DNA from: Methanocella sp.
Lineage (GTDB): Archaea; Thermoproteota; Bathyarchaeia; Bathyarchaeales; Bathycorpusculaceae
DNA length: 36,367 nucleotides
NCBI GenBank assembly: GCA_050261115.1
Contig: JBLNCY010000004.1
Span: forward strand, 1-36,367
Direction of reading: 5' to 3'
A program made the position numbers and the translations under genes. Under the pieces are notes generated by a model. The model was not told where the DNA came from and made no database searches. It was given only the letters and a program-made list of their open reading frames with translations. Below, one piece after another: positions 8,711-17,510 of the stretch (positions are counted from its first letter, which is position 1; each line of letters opens with the position of its first letter).

Positions 8711-9232
8711 ATGCCAAACCCTAAGGGGTCAGTTGAAGAACTGAAGCTGACCAAACTGGTTCCCGCCATAAGAGCGCAAGTGGTGGAAATCCTAAAACGA
8801 TCTTCCGCTGATTTAGCGGGGCATCAAGCGTTCAAGTCAGACCAGAGAAAGCTTGCGCGGTGGGCAGCAGACTGCGCCGAGCATATTCTCCCCCTTTTTG
8901 AAAGCAAATATCCCCCGGACTTTAGGCCCCGCCGAGCCATCGAGACTTGCCGAGTCTGGGTTGCTACCGGCGAATTCAAGATGGCCCTGATTCGTAAGGC
9001 GTCTCTTGATTCTCATGCGGCGGCACGTCAAGCAGAAAGAAACTCTGCTGCTTATTATGCAGCGCGGTCAGCGGGGCATGCGGTTGCAACTGCGCATGTT
9101 CCAACGCATGCTTTGGGTGCTTCCGCGTATGCTATTAAAGCCGCCGCAACCTACACTGGAAACCCTGATGACGGTCTAGTTGTTGAACGTAGTTGGCAAA
9201 TAATGCGGCTGCGTGAATACGCTAATAGGTAG
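8711..9232 (+). CDS. Imm5-like putative immunity protein
   Basis: WAADCAEHILPLFE...RPRRAIE...AARSAGHAVATAHVPTHALGA. Confidence 0.75.
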   Translation: MPNPKGSVEELKLTKLVPAIRAQVVEILKRSSADLAGHQAFKSDQRKLARWAADCAEHILPLFESKYPPDFRPRRAIETCRVWVATGEFKMALIRKASLDSHAAARQAERNSAAYYAARSAGHAVATAHVPTHALGASAYAIKAAATYTGNPDDGLVVERSWQIMRLREYANR

Positions 9233-9233
9233 G

Positions 9234-9776
9234 TTATTGGGGTTTCTTTTCGTATTTCTTTAGTAGCTCTTTAGCACGTTCTGTGTAGGGGTTGATGAAC
9301 GCTTCGTTTTCTAGCTTATTACCTTCGCTAAAAAAGTCGTCGATCCCTTTGCCCATTGCTTTTCCGCGGGCTGTATGTCTATCCAGCGCGAACTCGGGAA
9401 TCGGTGGAAGTGTAGCTTGGTTTTCTCTTTCAGTGTAGACTACGTTTAGGAGGTCGTCAGTTATTCGGCTTTTTTGGCTAAAACAGAGGCAAACAACTGC
9501 GTTTACAAGATAGAGTTTATAAGCGCTGTCTGTGAGCTTTGATTTCTCGACGAGATAGTTTTTCTGCATTACGTCGACGAGTATTGGCATGAGGGGGTTG
9601 GCTGGGCCGATGTCTTCACAGGCTATGATGCGCAGACGGTTCCATAGCATGGTGGGGTTGAATTCCTCTAGTTCCACCGCAAAATGTACCGCTTCATATT
9701 CCATGCCTCTGCGGATGCATTTCTGCAGGGCACTAAGCAATTCATAGTGGTCATAGCCGTTTTTCGTGTTAGCCAA
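9234..9776 (-). CDS. standalone RarA/MgsA C-terminal-like domain protein
   Basis: HYELLSALQKCIRRG and LWNRLRIIACEDIGPANP resemble the post-AAA+ region of RarA; no Walker A or B motif. Confidence 0.65.
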   Translation of the reverse strand: MANTKNGYDHYELLSALQKCIRRGMEYEAVHFAVELEEFNPTMLWNRLRIIACEDIGPANPLMPILVDVMQKNYLVEKSKLTDSAYKLYLVNAVVCLCFSQKSRITDDLLNVVYTERENQATLPPIPEFALDRHTARGKAMGKGIDDFFSEGNKLENEAFINPYTERAKELLKKYEKKPQ

Positions 9777-9835
9777 TGTTCTCCCTTAGGCTAAACTTTA
9801 CTGTCAAAATAAAAAAGGTTTCAGTGACAGAGCGA

Positions 9836-10337
9836 CTAATGTTGATTGTTTGTTAGGAAGTCTTCAATATCTTGGATGAATTGGGTAGTGGTTTTTTCGA
9901 TTTTTGTGGTTATGTCTTGCAGGTCATTAAAGTCAGCTGTATCGGTTATGGTGGTATTAACAAAGCGGTCTGGCTCTATGGGTGTATCGGTGAGGGGATA
10001 TTTGTTGAAACTTTTTCTTAGAAAATCTTCCAATACTTTGCTTGAGTGTCCCTGTTATACCCTGCTAAGAGGACTTCAAGTTTGAAGCTATCGTGGCTAA
10101 ATAGGATTACAACCTTTAGTTTTTGCTGTTGTATTGTTTTTGGGAAGAAGTAGAAATAAGTGTAATCCATGCGTCCGTAGTGGATCTCTGATATGAATAG
10201 TCAGGATACTTAGTTTTTAGGTGTAGTCTAAGGGTGTCAAAATACTCCATTAGTCCCTGGTAAGCTGTTTTTACGGTGCCGACATCGAGTTGTTTTCTGT
10301 ATTCAGGCATCAATTTACTAAAAGAATCATCTAACAC
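9836..10337 (-). pseudogene. frameshifted gene for a conserved hypothetical protein
   Basis: segments in different frames join into one plausible protein: ...KTKYPDY / ISEIHYGRMDYTYFYFFPKTIQQQ / LKVVILFSHDSFKLEVLLAGYNRDTQAKYWKIF / KSFNKYP...FIQDIEDFL, needing about 3 frameshifts. Confidence 0.65.
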
Positions 10338-10462
10338 GATGTTGCCCTACTCTATACTCATATGTAATGATTTAACTATATTTGTATTGGTGTGTGAAAA
10401 AATTTAAACTACACACCGCTATACACCAACCACGGCAACATTTTTTTTCTGGAGGTGAAAGG

Positions 10463-10724
10463 GTGATTTTTATTTTTCTGCTAAAATGGAAAAAAGCCGT
10501 AGACAAGGAAGTCCTTGATAAATTTACAAAAATCTACGATGCCCTTAGGAATCAGGATGTTAAGCTGCAGCTGTACTGGACGCTGGGGCATTTTAACTTT
10601 GTATGCATAATGGAGGCCCCCGTCTGAAAAGGACGCCATTAAGCTGATGCCGCCGTTTGCGGATGTTGCTGACGTGGAGGCTCTTACGGCTATCCCTAGG
10701 GATGAAGCGGTAAAACTAGTCTAA
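10463..10724 (+). pseudogene. GYD-domain family protein with a +1 frameshift
   Basis: ggaggtga SD, GTG start, YWTLGHFNFVCIMEAP, then SEKDAIKLM...EALTAIPRDEAVKLV* in another frame; the shift falls in a C5 run at about 10617-10621. Confidence 0.7.
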
Positions 10725-10768
10725 TTTGCGAAGCTACCGATGGCTACAGCGATTCCTAAAATAAACCT

Positions 10769-11038
10769 TTATTTCTGCATATTCTCTATTTTTGGGCAAG
10801 CTGCCACTTTTAGTGCTTCTAGTTGTTTATCGATTTCCTGTATCTTCGCCAGCGCATAGGTGTTTATGCTTGCCCAATGCTGCATACAAATCGCTGGATT
10901 TGCCTCAGAATGGTTACATGCTTCTAGAACTTTTTCCCATTCTTTACGCTGATACTCGAAAAAGGAAACCTTAATGTTAATTGGCAATGAATCCGGTAAA
11001 CTACTCATCAGTATACCTCTATATCTTCTGCGAGACAC
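10769..11038 (-). CDS. small hypothetical protein
   Basis: ORF; the likely start is the internal ATG (MSSLPD) after a gaggt SD. Confidence 0.45.
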   Translation of the reverse strand: MSRRRYRGILMSSLPDSLPINIKVSFFEYQRKEWEKVLEACNHSEANPAICMQHWASINTYALAKIQEIDKQLEALKVAACPKIENMQK

Positions 11039-11138
11039 CCAAAAATTGGGTCGACTGATTATATCATACTTTGTAGTAGCTAGACTGTAACCACAACACC
11101 AAAAATACCCTTACCTGCCGTTAACTAATATGTAGAGG

Positions 11139-11375
11139 ATGGTTTTTGTCATGGATTCGGCAGAGGCTAATACCGTTCTAAATGAAATAATAAGCGTGTT
11201 AGGGGATAGTTATACTGAGAAGCCTCTGATTGAGATACAAAACCGTGTCTCTGCAGGGTATTCGGTGTGTATTAAGACCTTCTTGGGTGCGGCAATGAAG
11301 CAGGAAGTAGAAGCCATAGCGCAAAAGCATAAGTTGATTGTTTCTGAGGAATCCGAGGGGCTTGTTCTCTGCTAA
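11139..11375 (+). CDS. small hypothetical protein
   Basis: 78-aa ORF with protein-like composition. Confidence 0.5.
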   Translation: MVFVMDSAEANTVLNEIISVLGDSYTEKPLIEIQNRVSAGYSVCIKTFLGAAMKQEVEAIAQKHKLIVSEESEGLVLC

Positions 11376-11414
11376 CCCCTAATTATCTCAAAGATTGTAT
11401 CTCAAAATAAAGTG

Positions 11415-12113
11415 TTAAGTTTTTTGGGCTACAATCATAGCATGCGCTTTATCGTAGGGGTCTAACTCAACGGTTTCTTTTACGTCATAGCCCCTCTTCT
11501 TTAGTACACGCGCTTCCTGCTCATAAACAGCCTGCGGAGACATCGTCACATCGATACTCTGTGATTTGCAGGCAAGCATTACCCAGCCTTCCGGTTTAAG
11601 AAACACGTCTGCATTGTCTGCTAACAGTTTAGCTTGCTCTGGTTGGGCAACGTCACAGTAGATCAAGTCGACTTTTCCTGATATGAACATTGCATAACGT
11701 TCTGGCATGCGGGCGTCCTCAAGCATCGGAGTAATATTTGAGCGGAACTGGGCAACATTGTTAACCAGATCACGCAGTGAACGTTGGGCAAACTCGACGC
11801 AGTAAACATGCCCCGATTCGCCTACAATGTCTGAAATATGACTGGGTGTCGTGCCTGAGGCTGCGCCAAGGTAGAGAACTTTAGAGCCCTCCTCAACTGG
11901 CACGGTTTGTAAACCTTTTATGATTGCGCCTGCCAGTTTGCTGCGAAAAGCATCCCAAACACGATACTCGGTGCCCTTCCATTTTACTAGCCGCTCGCCA
12001 TACACGCTACGGCCCGGAGTAAGGTTTTTAGTTCCTAAACGTTTTGCACCGTCTTCAAGCACTATATTATAGATGCCCTTGAAGGTTGGGTGCGGTTTAA
12101 CTCTCAGACCCAC
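11415..12113 (-). CDS. flpA: fibrillarin-like rRNA/tRNA 2'-O-methyltransferase
   Basis: SVYGERL, EYRVWDAFRSKLAGAI, VLYLGAASGTTPSHISD, DVAQPEQA; start placed at GTG 12113 just past the nop5 stop. Confidence 0.95.
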   Translation of the reverse strand: MGLRVKPHPTFKGIYNIVLEDGAKRLGTKNLTPGRSVYGERLVKWKGTEYRVWDAFRSKLAGAIIKGLQTVPVEEGSKVLYLGAASGTTPSHISDIVGESGHVYCVEFAQRSLRDLVNNVAQFRSNITPMLEDARMPERYAMFISGKVDLIYCDVAQPEQAKLLADNADVFLKPEGWVMLACKSQSIDVTMSPQAVYEQEARVLKKRGYDVKETVELDPYDKAHAMIVAQKT

Positions 12114-12120
12114 GTCACTC

Positions 12121-13431
12121 TTATCTCCGGTTCTTGCCGCCCCTTCTGTCTCGTCTGTCAAACCGTCTACCGCCGCCTCCGCCACCATAGTGCTTAGGTT
12201 TACGGTCGCGGCCTCTATCTGCTTCTCTACGCTCAAACCCTTCCCGTTTCTCTTTGGGTTTCGGTTCCTTGGGCGGCGGGGGCTCTTTATATTTCTCGCG
12301 GATTTCATCAATACGCTTGATGATGTCTGCTTTTAACTCGTCCCCTATATAGTGACCATCGCCGAATGCGTCTGCTCTCGCCGCGATTGCAAGTTTCCCC
12401 GCGATGACTCGCGCGATCTTTCCACGCTGCCACCGTTTTGCATCATGCAAAAGCGTATGCTGGAAAATTAAGCCATGCTTAGGCGGCCGTGCACCCGTTT
12501 TTAGCGATCGAAACAGCGCTTTTTCTGCGCCGAGAACTTGGATGGTGCTAGCTGGTCGCATGGCAAGGTTCTGTAGGCTTCCCGCAATTGATATTATGCG
12601 TGCGCCTAGAAGTGCGCCGGCGACTACTCGAACGTTTGGCGCCGTCTCTTCCATTGTGTGGTCAACGTATTCTTCCATGCTCTTTCTTAGCTCATAGAAG
12701 GCAAGTACGTCTTTGGCTAATTGCTGTACCTGTGAAAGGTCGCTGTCTGAGATGTCTGCGCCCATGGAGGACTCGGCTGCTTTGGATAAAAGCTGGGCGC
12801 GTTCTTTAGGGACGTTTTCAGCTTCCAAATTGTCAGCTGTATAATTATCGCGGTTGCCCAACTTTAAGACGAGTCGAGCGTAGGTTTCGTGTTTCTCTAT
12901 TAGGCGATCCATTTCTGGGAAGTAGATTCCGTACCATTCGCGGAGTCGGCCCATGAAGAGGTTGACTGTTTGATCGAGGCTGTCAAGGGTTTGTATGCCC
13001 TGCGAGATTATGAGGTCTCGTTTGCCTGTGGCGCCTTTGATGCGTAGCTTGGAGAGTTCCATGCTGACGTTGCGGTTCCATGTGTCGAGTTCCTGCTGGT
13101 TTGAGGCGAACCCGGACTCCAGGGCTACCTCGCTCATCTTGGCGCTATGTACTGCCGCTTGGGCGGGTGTAGCAACTTCAACTGTTACATCGAGTTTTTT
13201 CTGTGCTTCCTCAGCCAATTTGGCATTGGAGAAAACGAAGGTGTCATACCCTGCGTTTTTGAGTAATGTGATTAGTGATGTGGTTTGGTCTGATAACTTG
13301 CCCGATTCGGCTCGAAGCAGGCTTTTGGCTGCTGCCTGCGGCTTTTTGGGAAACAGAGCCTTCTCTATTAAGCTGTTCTTCTCGTCGAAGGCTGCTACGC
13401 CGAATGGGAATTGAACTATGAAAGCTTTCAT
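12121..13431 (-). CDS. nop5: C/D box sRNP protein Nop5 (Nop56/58 homolog)
   Basis: RLREWYGIYFPE, PASTIQVLGAEKALFR, PPKHGLIF, RGKIARVIAGKLAIAARAD; directly upstream of flpA. Confidence 0.95.
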   Translation of the reverse strand: MKAFIVQFPFGVAAFDEKNSLIEKALFPKKPQAAAKSLLRAESGKLSDQTTSLITLLKNAGYDTFVFSNAKLAEEAQKKLDVTVEVATPAQAAVHSAKMSEVALESGFASNQQELDTWNRNVSMELSKLRIKGATGKRDLIISQGIQTLDSLDQTVNLFMGRLREWYGIYFPEMDRLIEKHETYARLVLKLGNRDNYTADNLEAENVPKERAQLLSKAAESSMGADISDSDLSQVQQLAKDVLAFYELRKSMEEYVDHTMEETAPNVRVVAGALLGARIISIAGSLQNLAMRPASTIQVLGAEKALFRSLKTGARPPKHGLIFQHTLLHDAKRWQRGKIARVIAGKLAIAARADAFGDGHYIGDELKADIIKRIDEIREKYKEPPPPKEPKPKEKREGFERREADRGRDRKPKHYGGGGGGRRFDRRDRRGGKNRR

Positions 13432-13567
13432 GTCATTTGCCCCAATAAACTATGTATTGTCAACACTCAGGCTTAATAAATAAATTGTTAAAATTTTCAT
13501 TGATGCATAGGTGCTTGTTTGCATTTGCTTATAGCTGCGCTGTAGAACTCGAAATCTTTTTTGTTTG

Positions 13568-15289
13568 TTAGCTGTTTTCGTGGGCTTGAATACTATTTTC
13601 TGTTTGGCCCTTAGAGGCTGTTAACTCCAGGATCTTTTTAACTACATCAATACCCGATATGACACCAATTAGTTGCTGCTCGTCGTCTACAACAAAGACA
13701 TGATCCTCTTGAGTGTCCATCATTTGAAGAGCGATGCATTCTAGACTGGTATCTTTTGCTACAAGGGTGGGTTTATGGAATATGGTTTCAGGGAGAAATT
13801 GTTCTTGTTGTCTAACGTCGATGTATCCGAGATCCTCCAAGTTTACCACACCGACCACCTGATTGTTTTCATCAATCACTGGCATTACCCGAAGGTTATG
13901 CTCCTCGAAGGTTTCCACCGCTGCCTTGACTGTGGTGCCCTTGTAAAGGATAAAGGGGTTTTTAGTCATGAATTCTGCTGCCTTAGTTTGTTGGAGTTCA
14001 TTTGGCACTACTTTTTGTCCTCTAAGATAGAACCGCTCAAGTGCCAATCCCTCGGTCTTTAGGCGTGTATGTGGCTGAAGAGGATAGAATGAGTGTTTAC
14101 CCGATAGAACAAAACTAACACCGCTAGCTAAAAGCGCCGGTATGGCAAAAACGCCACCTAAAGTTTCGACAACGAATGCTACAGGCGTTAAAAGTATTTT
14201 ATGAGTTCCGGCAAGCAGGGCAGCCATTCCAACTGCGATAAACATAACTGCCAAGTTTATGTTAAATGCCAGCGAGAACAGGTAGCCTAGGCCGGCTCCG
14301 ATGACGATTGTGGGGAAGAATAAGCCGCCGCTGCCACCCCAATTAAGTGTAGTTGTGGTAACTAATGTTTTTAGCAGAATTGTTAGGACAAGCACAGCTA
14401 TGCTGATTCCTGCGGCTCCACCAATTAGTGCATCCACGAAATGTAGACCCACTCCAATAGAGTAGATTGAAACGACCCCTGAAACCCCAAGGAATAAAGC
14501 ACATAAAGTCACAAGAGCAGCGCTACCATACTTCTCTTTGATTCTTAATCCAACTTTGTCCATAAAAGAGAACGTCTTGGTAAATAAAACCGCATATAAC
14601 CCACAGACAACTCCCAGCAATAGTGAAAGTCCAATAACATCAAGCGTGAGGGGCACTGAGGCTATGGCGCCAAAGATTGATTCTGGGCCAAGTATCGCTA
14701 CTGAGAGCAGGTAAGCGGGGATTGAGGCGATGATTGCTTCTATGAAGGTTTCTCGGTCCAAATCGTTTTTGTAGGGGATTTCAAGGGCAAATAAGATGCC
14801 TGTTAGCGGCGTTCTGAATGTTGCTGCTAACCCTGCGGCGGCACCGGCGACAAAGAGTCGGCGTCGAAGGTCTGGTTTCACTTTGAAGTGCCTTGCCATA
14901 GCCGATGCCATGCCGCCGCCTGCAAGTAAACTGGGGCCTTCTGGACCCGCGCTGCCTCCTAAACCGATTGTTAACATCGCCGCGATAGGTTTCACCGCTG
15001 TGTCACGTAGGCTAACCTCGCCGTTGGTTAGGTGATAAGCTTCCAATACAGTGTGGGTTCCTGAACCGGTTGTTTTAGTCTTAGCGAACCGTTTAACTAA
15101 ATAGTATGATAAGCCTATCGCTGCAAATGAAAGCGGAATTATAGCTAGCTCTGTGTAGCTTAGTGAGGCTAATGTTACCTGCCATAACTCTGTATATACA
15201 AGGTACAAGCCGATTGCGAGACTCGCTGAAAGCAAACCTGTAATGCCGACTAGTACATAGTACTTTATGTTATCAGATAGCCGACTCAT
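13568..15289 (-). CDS. ClC family chloride channel/antiporter with tandem CBS domains
   Basis: GSGT, GGSAGPEGP (gating Glu), GAAAGLAATFRTPLTG, GGLFFP; C-terminal CBS pair. Confidence 0.9.
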   Translation of the reverse strand: MSRLSDNIKYYVLVGITGLLSASLAIGLYLVYTELWQVTLASLSYTELAIIPLSFAAIGLSYYLVKRFAKTKTTGSGTHTVLEAYHLTNGEVSLRDTAVKPIAAMLTIGLGGSAGPEGPSLLAGGGMASAMARHFKVKPDLRRRLFVAGAAAGLAATFRTPLTGILFALEIPYKNDLDRETFIEAIIASIPAYLLSVAILGPESIFGAIASVPLTLDVIGLSLLLGVVCGLYAVLFTKTFSFMDKVGLRIKEKYGSAALVTLCALFLGVSGVVSIYSIGVGLHFVDALIGGAAGISIAVLVLTILLKTLVTTTTLNWGGSGGLFFPTIVIGAGLGYLFSLAFNINLAVMFIAVGMAALLAGTHKILLTPVAFVVETLGGVFAIPALLASGVSFVLSGKHSFYPLQPHTRLKTEGLALERFYLRGQKVVPNELQQTKAAEFMTKNPFILYKGTTVKAAVETFEEHNLRVMPVIDENNQVVGVVNLEDLGYIDVRQQEQFLPETIFHKPTLVAKDTSLECIALQMMDTQEDHVFVVDDEQQLIGVISGIDVVKKILELTASKGQTENSIQAHENS

Positions 15290-15444
15290 TATCGCTTAAG
15301 CCACGATACACCTTTGAAATTTAAATGTATTGAACACAAAGGGGAAACCCGGGCGTAGGAGCGTTACCTTTTTTCGCGGTTGATTATCACGCTGTTTTTT
15401 CTTCTGTGGCTCTCAAAAAGTTAATAGAATACTCCATAAATTAA

Positions 15445-16362
15445 TTGCATTCAAGGATGGCCAAGCATATTACAAACGAAAAATCAACAAACCAAACTGG
15501 TACAGTTACAGTAGGGTTAATCCAGACAGCCGTGTCTGATGATATATCAGCCAACATGGAAAAAACCTGTAAAAAAATCGCAGAAGCAGCCAAACAAGGT
15601 GCCCAGATCATCTGCCTGCAGGAACTCTACCGATCACGGTACTTCCCCCAGCAGCAAGGCGTAGATGTATCGGCGTTGGCGGAAACCATCCCCGGCGACT
15701 CCACACGCGCCTTCTCTTCATTAGCAAAGGAACTCGGCATCGTGATTATCGCCCCGATCTTCGAAAAAAACCACGACGGCAAAAATTATAACACCGCTGT
15801 TATTATCGATGCCGATGGCTCCATAGTGGGTACCTACCGCAAAGTCCACATACCCTTTGATCCCTACTTCTATGAAAAGGACTACTTCGCCCCCGGTCAG
15901 CAACCATACCAAGCCTACAATACCAAATACGCTCGCGTAGGCGTCTTGATCTGCTATGACCAATGGTTCCCTGAACCAGCCCGCATCAATGCCCTAGACG
16001 GCGCAGAAATAATCTTCTATCCAACCGCCATAGGCTACATTAAAGGCCACACCTCTGCAGACGGCGACTGGCATGACGCATGGCGAACCGTGCAGCGGGC
16101 CCACGCCATCGCAAACGGCGTTCACGTTGCAGCGGTAAATCGTGTCGGCGAAGAGGATTGGCTGGAGTTTTGGGGCGGCAGCTTCATCTGCGACTCATTC
16201 GGCAAAGTCCTAGCGGAAGGCAGCACTACTAAAGAGCAAGTTGTGGTTGCAAAAGTCGATTTATCACATAACCAACGCATAAAAGATGGCTGGGGTTTTC
16301 TACGCAACAGAAGACCCGACACCTACAACCCCCTCACAAAAGCCGTGGAGGACCAAAAATGA
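15445..16362 (+). CDS. aguB: carbon-nitrogen hydrolase, N-carbamoylputrescine amidase
   Basis: nitrilase triad CLQELY / YRKVHIP / ICYDQWFPE; FYPTAIG; overlaps aguA (ATGA); start may be ATG 15457. Confidence 0.85.
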   Translation: MHSRMAKHITNEKSTNQTGTVTVGLIQTAVSDDISANMEKTCKKIAEAAKQGAQIICLQELYRSRYFPQQQGVDVSALAETIPGDSTRAFSSLAKELGIVIIAPIFEKNHDGKNYNTAVIIDADGSIVGTYRKVHIPFDPYFYEKDYFAPGQQPYQAYNTKYARVGVLICYDQWFPEPARINALDGAEIIFYPTAIGYIKGHTSADGDWHDAWRTVQRAHAIANGVHVAAVNRVGEEDWLEFWGGSFICDSFGKVLAEGSTTKEQVVVAKVDLSHNQRIKDGWGFLRNRRPDTYNPLTKAVEDQK

Positions 16363-17402
16363 GTCGCCGCTGCCCCCGTGAAGAAGGCTACATTATGCCT
16401 GCAGAATGGCAACATCACAGCGCAATCTGGCTCGCCTGGCCATACGAGCAAACCACATTCCCAGATCGCGTTCACAATGTGGAAGTTACCTATGTTCAAA
16501 TAATCAAAGAAATCCATGAGAGCGAAGACGTTAACCTCTTTGTTATCGATGAACCTACAAAAAAGAAAGTCACATCGATGCTTCAACAGGCAGGCGTAAA
16601 CCTAACCAAAGTGCATCTATGGGTATCTGATTATGCTGATGTCTGGTTCCGAGACTACGGCCCAATCTTTGTCAAAAACCCCCAGCATAAGCTGGCGATG
16701 ATTCACTGGGACTTTAACAGTTGGGGCGAAAAGTACGAGACACTACTCAAAGACAAAGAAATTCCCGAGGTCATAAACAAAGAGCTCAAGTTAACCTGCT
16801 TCAAACCCGGCATCGTCTTGGAAGGTGGCTCCATAGATGTCAACGGCGAAGGCACCCTACTTACCACCGAGCAATGCCTGCTAAACAGCAACCGCAACCC
16901 CCACCTAAACAAGCAAGACATAGAACAATATCTCAAGGACTACCTTGGAGTACGACACTTTATTTGGCTTAAGCGCGGCATCTTAGGCGACGACACAGAC
17001 GGACACATAGACGACTTAGCCCGCTTCGTTAACCCAACAACCATCGTCTGTGCCTTCGAAGATAACCCCGCTGACCCTGACTATGCTGTCCTCAAGGAAA
17101 ACTATGACTTACTCCGTAAATCCACCGACCAAGAGGGTAAGCCACTTAAAATCATCAAGCTGCCCATGCCTAAAGTTGAAAGCGACGAAGGCTACAGGTT
17201 ACCAGCAAGCTACACAAACTTCTACATAGGCAACACCAAAGTGCTTGTGCCAGTTTTCGATCACCCCAACGATGCAAAGGCATTAGCGATACTGCAAGAG
17301 CTATTCCCCGATCGCAAAGTAGTGGGTATATGCTGTAAAGACCTCGTGTATGGCTTTGGCACGCTACACTGTATCAGTCAACAGCAACCAAGCGCAGACT
17401 AA
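16359..17402 (+). CDS. aguA: agmatine deiminase
   Basis: MPAEW, WFRDYGP, LEGGSIDVNG, DDTDGHIDD, ASYTNFY, GTLHCISQQ. Confidence 0.92.
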   Translation: MSRRCPREEGYIMPAEWQHHSAIWLAWPYEQTTFPDRVHNVEVTYVQIIKEIHESEDVNLFVIDEPTKKKVTSMLQQAGVNLTKVHLWVSDYADVWFRDYGPIFVKNPQHKLAMIHWDFNSWGEKYETLLKDKEIPEVINKELKLTCFKPGIVLEGGSIDVNGEGTLLTTEQCLLNSNRNPHLNKQDIEQYLKDYLGVRHFIWLKRGILGDDTDGHIDDLARFVNPTTIVCAFEDNPADPDYAVLKENYDLLRKSTDQEGKPLKIIKLPMPKVESDEGYRLPASYTNFYIGNTKVLVPVFDHPNDAKALAILQELFPDRKVVGICCKDLVYGFGTLHCISQQQPSAD

Positions 17403-17510
17403 ACGCATACCTGCTCAACACTTACCTGTTTCTTTTCTTTTTAGTTAAGTTTAAACTCTGCAGTGGAATAATAGGTAGAGCACCACAAAAAGGAGCAGAG
17501 GGATAGGGGT

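Noticed and set aside
12114-12311. 66-aa basic N-terminal extension of fibrillarin in the ORF track
   Set aside because: It overlaps the nop5 3' end in another frame; fibrillarin similarity starts near GTG 12113.
11376-13567. C/D box guide RNAs flanking nop5-flpA
   Set aside because: No convincing RUGAUGA...CUGA pair was seen in the adjacent intergenic regions.
15345-15440. Possible fluoride riboswitch upstream of the ClC gene (minus strand has atggagt...aaccgc...ctcctac)
   Set aside because: The 5' GGCGAUGG/CGCC stem is missing, the spacing is too long, and the ClC lacks the CLC-F motifs (GNNLI, GREGT).
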